A stretch of 64,000 nt of DNA from positions 32,426,001 through 32,490,000 of the forward strand of contig OZ024741.1 of NCBI GenBank assembly GCA_964016885.1, written 5' to 3'. The stretch is from Eledone cirrhosa (Eukaryota). The notes under the pieces were generated by a model, which worked only from the letters and a program-made list of their open reading frames with translations, was not told the DNA's origin and ran no database searches. Of the stretch, positions 1 to 12,000 are shown piece by piece. A program made the translations under genes and the position numbers. Within the stretch, counting starts at the first letter, position 1. Every line of letters begins with the position of its first letter.

Positions 1-16
1 TATTTGTATTTATTCC

Positions 17-39
17 AGATGTAATAAGCCTACATATCT
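17..39. other. Second short inverted repeat in every monomer (first copy given): AGATGTA-ATAAGCC-TACATATCT
   Basis: ATGTA (19-23) pairs with TACAT (31-35) around a 7-nt loop. Alternatively AGA-TGTA pairs with TACA-TCT across a 2-nt bulge. The repeat is short and AT-rich, so it is weak. Confidence 0.55.
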
Positions 40-72
40 CAGATGTTATACAACATGGCTGTATAATATTTG
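40..72 (+). other. Quasi-palindrome present in every monomer (first copy given): CAGATGTTATACA-ACATGGC-TGTATAATATTTG
   Basis: TTATACA (46-52) and TGTATAA (60-66) are exact reverse complements. In the A43 allele the stem extends to 13 bp with two G.T/G.U pairs. This is a sequence observation only; there is no evidence that it folds in vivo. Confidence 0.8.
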
Positions 73-3000
73 TATTTATTCCAGATGTAATAAGCCTACA
101 TTTCGCAGTTGTTATACAGCATGGCTGTATAATATTTGCATTTATTCAAGATGTAATAAGCCTACATATCTCAATTGTCATACAACATGGCTGTATAATA
201 TTTGTATTTATTCCAGATGTAATAAGCCTACATATCTCAGATGTTATACAACATGGATGTATACTATTTGTATTTATTCCAGATGTAATAAGCCTACATA
301 TCTCAGATGTTATACAACATGGCTGTATAATATTTGTATTTATTCCAGATGTAATAAGCCTACATATCTCAGATGTTATACAACATGGCTGTATCATATT
401 TGAATTTATTCCAGATGTAATAAGCCTACATATCTCAGATGTTATACAACATGGCTGTATAATATTTGTATTTATTCTATATGTAATAAGCCTACATTTC
501 GAAGTTGTTATACAGCATGGCTGTATAATATTTGTATTTATTCCAGATGTAATAAGCCTACATATCTCAGATGTTATACAACATGGCTGTATAATATTTG
601 TATTTATTCCAGATGTAATAAGCCTACATTTAGCAGTTGTTATACAGCATGGCTGTATAATATTTGCATTTATTCAAGATGTAATAAGCCTACATATCTC
701 AATTGTCATACAACATGGCTGTATAATATTTGTATTTATTCCAGATGTAATAAGCCTACATATCTCAGTTGTTATACAACATGGCTGTATCATATTTGAA
801 TTTATTCCAGATGTAATAAGCCTACATATCTCAGTTGTTATACAACATGGCTGTATAATATTTGTATTTATTGCAGATGTAATAAGCCTACATATCTCAG
901 TTGTTATACAACATGGCTGTATAATATTTGTATTTATTCCAGATGTAATACGCCTACATATCTCAGTTGTTATACAACATGGCTGTATAATATTTGTATT
1001 TATTCCAGATGTAATATGCCTACATATCTCAGTTGTTATACAACATGGCTGTATAATATTAGTATTTATTCCAGATGTAATAAACCTACATATCTCAGTT
1101 GTTATACAACATGTCTGTATAATATCTGTATTTATTCCAGATGTAATAAGCCTACATATCTCAGTTGTTATACAACATGGCTGTATAATATTTGTATTTA
1201 TTCCAGATGTAATATGCCTACATATCTCAGTTGTTATACAACATGGCTGTATAATATTTGTATTTATTCCAGATGTAATAAGCCTACATATCTCAGTTGT
1301 TATGCAACATGGCTGTATAATATTTGTATTTATTCCAGATGTAATAAGCCTACATATCTCAGATGTTATACAACATGGCTGTATAATATTTGTATTTATT
1401 CCAGATGTAATAAGCCTACATTTCGCAGTTGTTATACAGCATGGCTGTATAATATTTGTATTTATTCCAGATGTAATAAGCCTACATATCTCAGATGTTA
1501 TACAACATGGCTGTATAATATTTGTATTTATTCCATATGTAATAAGCCTACATTTCGCAGTTGTTATACAGCATGGCTGTATAATATTTGTATTTATTCA
1601 AGATGAAATAAGCCTACATATCTCAATTGTCATACAACATGGCTGTATAATATTTGTATTTATTCCAGATGTAATAAGCCTACATATCTCAGTTGTTATA
1701 CAACATGTCTGTATAATATTTGTATTTATTCCAGATGTAATAAGCCTACATATCTCAGTTGTTATACAACTTGGCTGTATAATATTTGTATTTATTCCAG
1801 ATGTAATATGCCTACATATCTCAGTTGTTATACAACATGGCTGTATAATATTTGTATTTATTCCAGATGTAATAAACCTACATATCTCAGTTGTTATACA
1901 ACATGTCTGTATAATATCTGTATTTATTCCAGATGTAATAAGCCTACATATCTCAGATGTTATACAACATGGCTGTATAATATTTGTATTTATTCCAGAT
2001 GTAATAAGCCTACATATCTCAGATGTTATACAAAATGGCTGTATAATATTTGTATTTATTCCAGATCTAATAAGCCTACATATCTCAGTTTTTATACAAC
2101 ATGGCTGTATAATATTTGTACTTATTGCAGATGTAATAAGCCTACATATCTCAGATGTTATACAACATGGCTGTATACTATTTGTATTTATTCCAGATGT
2201 AATAAGCCTACATATCTCAGATGTTATACAACATGGCTGTATAATATTTGTATTTATTCCAGATGTAATATGCCTACATATCTCAGTTGTTATACAACAT
2301 GGCTGTATAATATTTGTATTTATTCCAGATGTAATAAATCTACATATCTCAGTTGTTATACAACATGTCTGTATAATATTTGTATTTATTCCAGATGTAA
2401 TAAGCCTACATATCTCAGTTGTTATACAACATGGCTGTATAATATTTGTATTTATTCCAGATGTAATATGCCTTCATATCTCAGTTGTTATACAACATGG
2501 CTGTATAATATTTGTATTTATTCCAGATGTAATAAGCCTACATATCTCAGTTGTTATACAACATGGCTGTATAATATTTGTATTTATTCCAGATGTAATA
2601 AGCCTACATATCTCAGTTGTTATACAACATGGCTGTATAATATTTGTATTTATTCCAGATGTAATAAGCCTACATTTCGCAGTTGTTATACAGCATGGCT
2701 GTATACTATTTGTATTTATTCCAGATGTAATAAGCCTACATATCTCAGATGTTATACAACATGGCTGTATAATATTTGTATTTATTCCAGATGTAATAAG
2801 CCTACATTTCGCAGTTGTTATACAGCATGGCTGTATAATATTTGCATTTATTCAAGATGTAATAAGCCTACATATCTCAATTGTCATACAACATGGCTGT
2901 ATAATATTTGTATTTATTCCAGATGTAATAAGCCTACATATCTCAGATGTTATACAACATGGCTGTATACTATTTGTATTTATTCCAGATGTAATAAGCC

Positions 3001-6000
3001 TACATATCTCAGATGTTATACAAGATGGCTGTATAATATTTGTATTTATTCTAGATGTAATAAGCCTACATATCTCAGATGTTATACAACATGGCTGTAT
3101 CATATTTGTATTTATTCTAGATGTAATAAGCCTACATATCTCAGTTGTTATACAACATGGCTGTATACTATTTGTATTTATTGCAGATGTAATAAGCCTA
3201 CATATCTCAGTTGTTATACAACATGGCTGTATAATATTTGTATTTATTCCAGATGTAATAAGCCTACATATCTCAGATGTTATACAACATGGCTGTATAC
3301 TATTTGTATTTATTCCAGATGTAATAAGCCTACATATCTCAGATGTTATACAACATGGCTGTATAATATTTGTATTTATTCCAGATGTAATAAGCCTACA
3401 TATCTCAGATGTTATACAACATGGCTGTATCATATTTGTTTTTATTCCAGATATAATAAGCCTACATATCTCAGATGTTATACAACATGGTTGTATACTA
3501 TCTGTATTTATTCCAGATGTAATAAGCCAACATATCTCAGATGTTATACAACATGGCTGTATAATATTTGTATTTATTCCATATGTAATAAGCCTACATT
3601 TCGAAGTTGTTATACAGCATGGCTGTATAATATTTGTATTTATTCCAGATGTAATAAGTCTACATATCTCAGATGTTATACAACATGGCTGTATAATATT
3701 TGTATTTATTCCAGATGTAATAAGCCTACATTTCGCAGTTGTTATACAGCATGGCTGTATAATATTTGCATTTATTCAAGATGTAATAAGCCTACATATC
3801 TCAATTGTCATACAACATGGCTGTATAATATTTGTATTTATTCCAGATGTAATAAGCCTACATATCTCAGATGTTATACAACATGGCTGTATACTATTTG
3901 TATTTATTCCAGATGTAATAAGCCTACATATCTCAGATGTTATACAACATGGCTGTATAATATTTGTATTTATTCCAGATGTAATAAGCCTACATATCTC
4001 AGATGTTATACAACATGGCTGTATCATATTTGAATTTATTCCAGATGTAATAAGCCTACATATCTCAGATGTTATACAACATGACTGTATAATATTTGTA
4101 TTTATTCTATATGTAATAAGCCTACATTTCGAAGTTGTTATACAGCATGGCTGTATAATATTTGTATTTATTCCAGATGTAATAAGCCTACATATCTCAG
4201 ATGTTATACAACATGGCTGTATAATATTTGTATTTATTCCAGATGTAATAAGCCTACATTTAGCAGTTGTTATACAGCACGGCTGTATAATATTTGCATT
4301 TATTCAAGATGTAATAAGCCTACATATCTCAATTGTCATACAACATGGCTGTATAATATTTGTATTTATTCCAGATGTAATAAGCCTACATATCTCAGTT
4401 GTTATACAACATGGCTGTATTCTATTTGTATTTATTCCAGATCTAATAAGCCTACATATCTCAGATGTTATACAAGATGGCTGTATAATATTTGTATTTA
4501 TTCCAGATGTAATAAGCCTACATATCTCAGATGTTATACAACATGGCTGTATCATATTTGAATTTATTCCAGATGTAATAAGCCTACATATCTCAGTTGT
4601 TATACAACATGGCTGTATAATATTTGTATTTATTGCAGATGTAATAAGCCTACATATCTCAGTTGTTATACAACATGGCTGTATAATATTTGTATTTATT
4701 CCAGATGTAATAAGCCTACATATCTCAGTTGTTATACAACATGGCTGTATAATATTTGTATTTATTCCAGATGTAATAAGCCTACATATCTCAGATGTTA
4801 TACAACATGGCTGTACACTATTTGTATTTATTCCAGATGTAATAAGCCTACATATCTCAGATGTTATACAACATGGCTGTATAATATTTCTATTTATTCC
4901 AGATGTAATAAGCCTACATATCTCAGATGTTATACAACATGGCTGTATAATATTTGTATTTATTCCAGATGTAATAAGCCTACATATCTCAGTTTTTATA
5001 CAACATGGCTGTATAATATTTGTATTTATTGCGGATGTAATAAGCCTACAAATCTCAGATGTTATACAACATGGCTGAATAATATTTGTATTTATTCCAG
5101 ATGTAATAAGACTACATATCTCAGATGTTATACAACATGGCTGTATAATATTTGTATTTATTCCAGATGTAATAAGCCTACATATCTCAGTTGTTATACA
5201 ACATGTCTGTATAATATTTGTATTTATTCCAGATGTAATAAGCCTACATATCTCAGTTGTTATACAACATGGCTGTATAATATTTGTATTTATTCCAGAT
5301 GTAATAAGCCTACATATCTCAGTTGTTATACAACATGGCTGTATAATATTTGTATTTATTCCAGATGTAATAAGCCTACATATCTCAGATGTTATACAAC
5401 ATGGCTGTATAATATTTGTATTTATTCCAGATGTAATAAGCCTACATTTCGCAGTTGTTATACAGCATTGCTGTATACTATTTGTATTTATTCCAGATGT
5501 AATAAGCCTACATATCTCAGATGTTATACAACATGGCTGTATAATATTTGTATTTATTCCAGATGTAATAAGCCTACATTTCGCAGTTGTTATACAACAT
5601 GGCTGTATAATATTTGTATTTATTCCAGATGTAATAAGCCTACATATCTCAGTTTTTATACAACATGGCTGTATAATATTTGTAATTATTGCAGATGTAA
5701 TAAGCCTACATATCTCAGTTGTTATACAACATGGCTGTATAATATTTGTATTTATTCCAGATGTAATAAGCCTACATATCTCAGTTTTTATACAACATGG
5801 CTGTATAATATTTGTAATTATTGCAGATGTAATAAGCCTACATATCTCAGTTGTTATACAACATGGCTGTATAATATTTGTATTTATTCCAGATGTAATA
5901 AGCCTACATATCTCAGATGTTATACAACATGGCTGTATAATATTTGTATTTATTCCATATGTAATAAGCCTACATTTCGCAGTTGTTATACAGCATGGCT

Positions 6001-9000
6001 GTATAATATTTGTATTTATTCAAGATGAAATAAGCCTACATATCTCAATTGTCATACAACATGGCTGTATAATATTTGTATTTATTCCAGATGTAATAAG
6101 CCTACATATCTCAGTTGTTATACAACATGTCTGTATAATATTTGTATTTATTCCAGATGTAATAAGCCTACATATCTCAGTTGTTATACAACTTGGCTGT
6201 ATAATATTTGTATTTATTCCAGATGTAATATGCCTACATATCTCAGTTGTTATACAACATGGCTGTATAATATTTGTATTTATTCCAGATGTAATAAACC
6301 TACATATCTCAGATGTTATACAACATGGCTGTATAATATCTGTATTTATTCCAGATGTAATAAGCCTACATATCTCAGATGTTATACAACATGGCTGTAT
6401 AATATTTGTATTTATTCCAGATGTAATAAGCCTACATATCTCAGATGTTATACAAAATGGCTGTATAATATTTGTATTTATTCCAGATCTAATAAGCCTA
6501 CATATCTCAGTTTTTATACAACATGGCTGTATAATATTTGTATTTATTCCAGATGTAATAAGCCTACATATCTCAGTTGTTATACAACATGTCTGTATAA
6601 TATTTGTATTTATTCCAGATGTAATAAGCCTACATATCTCAGTTGTTATACAACTTGGCTGTATAATATTTGTATTTATTCCAGATGTAATATGCCTACA
6701 TATCTCAGTTGTTATACAACATGGCTGTATAATATTTGTATTTATTCCAGATGTAATAAACCTACATATCTCAGTTGTTATACAACATGTCTGTATAATA
6801 TCTGTATTTATTCCAGATGTAATAAGCCTACATATCTCAGATGTTATACAACATGGCTGTATAATATTTGTATTTATTCCAGATGTAATAAGCCTACATA
6901 TCTCAGATGTTATACAAAATGGCTGTATAATATTTGTATTTATTCCAGATCTAATAAGCCTACATATCTCAGTTTTTATACAACATGGCTGTATAATATT
7001 TGTACTTATTGCAGATGTAATAAGCCTACATATCTCAGATGTTATACAACATGGCTGTATACTATTTGTATTTATTCCAGATGTAATAAGCCTACATATC
7101 TCAGATGTTATACAACATGGCTGTATAATATTTGTATTTATTCCAGATGTAATATGCCTACATATCTCAGTTGTTATACAACATGGCTGTATAATATTTG
7201 TATTTATTCCAGATGTAATAAATCTACATATCTCAGTTGTTATACAACATGTCTGTATAATATTTGTATTTATTCCAGATGTAATAAGCCTACATATCTC
7301 AGTTGTTATACAACATGGCTGTATAATATTTGTATTTATTCCAGATGTAATATGCCTTCATATCTCAGTTGTTATACAACATGGCTGTATAATATTTGTA
7401 TTTATTCCAGATGTAATAAGCCTACATATCTCAGTTGTTATACAACATGGCTGTATAATATTTGTATTTATTCCAGATGTAATAAGCCTACATATCTCAG
7501 ATGTTATACAACATGGCTGTATAATATTTGTATTTATTCCAGATGTAATAAGCCTACATTTCGCAGTTGTTATACAGCATGGCTGTATACTATTTGTATT
7601 TATTCCAGATGTAATAAGCCTACATATCTCAGATGTTATACAACATGGCTGTATAATATTTGTATTTATTCCAGATGTAATAAGCCTACATTTCGCAGTT
7701 GTTATACAGCATGGCTGTATAATATTTGCATTTATTCAAGATGTAATAAGCCTACATATCTCAATTGTCATACAACATGGCTGTATAATATTTGTATTTA
7801 TTCCAGATGTAATAAGCCTACATATCTCAGATGTTATACAACATGGCTGTATACTATTTGTATTTATTCCAGATGTAATAAGCCTACATATCTCAGATGT
7901 TATACAAGATGGCTGTATAATATTTGTATTTATTCTAGATGTAATAAGCCTACATATCTCAGATGTTATACAACATGGCTGTATCATATTTGTATTTATT
8001 CTAGATGTAATAAGCCTACATATCTCAGTTGTTATACAACATGGCTGTATACTATTTGTATTTATTGCAGATGTAATAAGCCTACATATCTCAGTTGTTA
8101 TACAACATGGCTGTATAATATTTGTATTTATTCCAGATGTAATAAGCCTACATATCTCAGTTGTTATACAACATGGCTGTATAATATTTGTATTTATTCC
8201 AGATGTAATAAGCCTACATATCTCAGTTTTTATACAACATGGCTGTATAATATTTGTAATTATTGCAGATGTAATAAGCCTACATATCTCAGTTGTTATA
8301 CAACATGGCTGTATAATATTTGTATTTATTGCAGATGTAATAAGCCTACATATCTCAGTTGTTATACAACATGGCTGTATAATATTTGTATTTATTCCAG
8401 ATGTAATAAGCCTACATATCTCAGATGTTATACAACATGGCTGTATACTATTTGTATTTATTCCAGATGTAATAAGCCTACATATCTCAGATGTTATACA
8501 ACATGGCTGTATAATATTTGTATTTATTCCAGATGTAATAAGCCTACATATCTCAGATGTTATACAACATGGCTGTATCATATTTGTTTTTATTCCAGAT
8601 ATAATAAGCCTACATATCTCAGATGTTATACAACATGGTTGTATACTATCTGTATTTATTCCAGATGTAATAAGCCAACATATCTCAGATGTTATACAAC
8701 ATGGCTGTATAATATTTGTATTTATTCCATATGTAATAAGCCTACATTTCGAAGTTGTTATACAGCATGGCTGTATAATATTTGTATTTATTCCAGATGT
8801 AATAAGCCTACATATCTCAGATGTTATACAACATGGCTGTATAATATTTGTATTTATTCCAGATGTAATAAGCCTACATTTCGCAGTTGTTATACAGCAT
8901 GGCTGTATAATATTTGCATTTATTCAAGATGTAATAAGCCTACATATCTCAATTGTCATACAACATGGCTGTATAATATTTGTATTTATTCCAGATGTAA

Positions 9001-12000
9001 TAAGCCTACATATCTCAGATGTTATACAACATGGCTGTATACTATTTGTATTTATTCCAGATGTAATAAGCCTACATATCTCAGATGTTATACAACATGG
9101 CTGTATAATATTTGTATTTATTCCAGATGTAATAAGCCTACATATCTCAGATGTTATACAACATGGCTGTATCATATTTGAATTTATTCCAGATGTAATA
9201 AGCCTACATATCTCAGATGTTATACAACATGACTGTATAATATTTGTATTTATTCTATATGTAATAAGCCTACATTTCGAAGTTGTTATACAGCATGGCT
9301 GTATAATATTTGTATTTATTCCAGATGTAATAAGCCTACATATCTCAGATGTTATACAACATGGCTGTATAATATTTGTATTTATTCCAGATGTAATAAG
9401 CCTACATTTAGCAGTTGTTATACAGCACGGCTGTATAATATTTGCATTTATTCAAGATGTAATAAGCCTACATATCTCAATTGTCATACAACATGGCTGT
9501 ATAATATTTGTATTTATTCCAGATGTAATAAGCCTACATATCTCAGTTGTTATACAACATGGCTGTATTCTATTTGTATTTATTCCAGATCTAATAAGCC
9601 TACATATCTCAGATGTTATACAAGATGGCTGTATAATATTTGTATTTATTCCAGATGTAATAAGCCTACATATCTCAGATGTTATACAACATGGCTGTAT
9701 CATATTTGAATTTATTCCAGATGTAATAAGCCTACATATCTCAGTTGTTATACAACATGGCTGTATAATATTTGTATTTATTGCAGATGTAATAAGCCTA
9801 CATATCTCAGTTGTTATACAACATGGCTGTATAATATTTGTATTTATTCCAGATGTAATAAGCCTACATATCTCAGTTGTTATACAACATGGCTGTATAA
9901 TATTTGTATTTATTCCAGATGTAATAAGCCTACATATCTCAGATGTTATACAACATGGCTGTACACTATTTGTATTTATTCCAGATGTAATAAGCCTACA
10001 TATCTCAGATGTTATACAACATGGCTGTATAATATTTGTATTTATTCCAGATGTAATAAGCCTACATATCTCAGATGTTATACAACATGGCTGTATAATA
10101 TTTGTATTTATTCCAGATGTAATAAGCCTACATATCTCAGTTTTTATACAACATGGCTGTATAATATTTGTATTTATTGCGGATGTAATAAGCCTACAAA
10201 TCTCAGATGTTATACAACATGGCTGAATAATATTTGTATTTATTCCAGATGTAATAAGACTACATATCTCAGATGTTATACAACATGGCTGTATAATATT
10301 TGTATTTATTCCAGATGTAATAAGCCTACATATCTCAGTTGTTATACAACATGTCTGTATAATATTTGTATTTATTCCAGATGTAATAAGCCTACATATC
10401 TCAGTTGTTATACAACATGGCTGTATAATATTTGTATTTATTCCAGATGTAATAAGCCTACATATCTCAGTTGTTATACAACATGGCTGTATAATATTTG
10501 TATTTATTCCAGATGTAATAAGCCTACATATCTCAGATGTTATACAACATGGCTGTATAATATTTGTATTTATTCCAGATGTAATAAGCCTACATTTCGC
10601 AGTTGTTATACAGCATTGCTGTATACTATTTGTATTTATTCCAGATGTAATAAGCCTACATATCTCAGATGTTATACAACATGGCTGTATAATATTTGTA
10701 TTTATTCCAGATGTAATAAGCCTACATTTCGCAGTTGTTATACAACATGGCTGTATAATATTTGTATTTATTCCAGATGTAATAAGCCTACATATCTCAG
10801 TTTTTATACAACATGGCTGTATAATATTTGTAATTATTGCAGATGTAATAAGCCTACATATCTCAGTTGTTATACAACATGGCTGTATAATATTTGTATT
10901 TATTCCAGATGTAATAAGCCTACATATCTCAGTTGTTATACAACATGGCTGTATACTATTTGCATTTATTCCAGATGTAATAAGCCTACATATCTCAGAT
11001 GTTATACAACATGGCTGTACACTATTTGTATTTATTCCAGATGTAATAAGCCTACATATCTCAGAGGTTATACAACATGGCTGTATAATATTTGTATTTA
11101 TTCCAGATGTAATAAGCCTACATATCTCAGATGTTATACAACATGGCTGTATAATATTTGTATTTATTCCAGATGTAATAAGCCTACATATCTCAGTTTT
11201 TATACAACATGGCTGTATAATATTTGTATTTATTGCAGATGTAATAAGCCTACATATCTCAGATGTTATACAACATGGCTGTATACTATTTGTATTTATT
11301 CCAGATGTAATAAGCCTACATATCTCAGATGTTATACAACATGGCTGTATCATATTTGTATTTATTCTAGATGTAATAAGCCTACATATCTCAGTTGTTA
11401 TACAACATGGCTGTATACTATTTGTATTTATTGCAGATGTAATAAGCCTACATATCTCAGTTGTTATACAACATGGCTGTATAATATTTGTATTTATTCC
11501 AGATGTAATAAGCCTACATATCTCAGATGTTATACAACATGGCTGTATACTATTTGTATTTATTCCAGATGTAATAAGCCTACATATCTCAGATGTTATA
11601 CAACATGGCTGTATAATATTTGTATTTATTCCAGATGTAATAAGCCTACATATCTCAGATGTTATACAACATGGCTGTATCATATTTGTTTTTATTCCAG
11701 ATATAATAAGCCTACATATCTCAGATGTTATACAACATGGTTGTATACTATCTGTATTTATTCCAGATGTAATAAGCCAACATATCTCAGATGTTATACA
11801 ACATGGCTGTATAATATTTGTATTTATTCCATATGTAATAAGCCTACATTTCGAAGTTGTTATACAGCATGGCTGTATAATATTTGTATTTATTCCAGAT
11901 GTAATAAGCCTACATATCTCAGATGTTATACAACATGGCTGTATAATATTTGTATTTATTCCAGATGTAATAAGCCTACATTTCGCAGTTGTTATACAGC

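Noticed and set aside
9-14. AATAAA polyadenylation signal on the minus strand of each monomer
   Set aside because: Common hexamer in AT-rich DNA, with no transcript or gene context.
62-67. TATAAT (sigma70 -10 box) in most monomers
   Set aside because: No -35 hexamer at 16-18-bp spacing (TTGTTA lies 13 bp away), the TG is not at the extended -10 position, there is no downstream gene, and such a hexamer is unsurprising at 71% AT.
1-132. Satellite-encoded hammerhead ribozyme, as known from newt, schistosome and cricket satellites
   Set aside because: Neither strand of the consensus has the CUGANGA and GAAA core motifs. The minus strand has only CTGAGAT/CTGGAAT.
112-140. LexA SOS box or other bacterial operator (CTGTATAA half-site, TGTA-N7-TACA)
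   Set aside because: The CTGT-N8-ACAG geometry is absent because the half-sites face the wrong way. TGT-N9-ACA does not match the NifA, CRP or TyrR spacing. There is no bacterial context.
1-198. 3 x 66 = 198 bp as a nucleosome repeat unit
   Set aside because: No trimer periodicity is visible among the variants, so this is numerical coincidence without MNase data.
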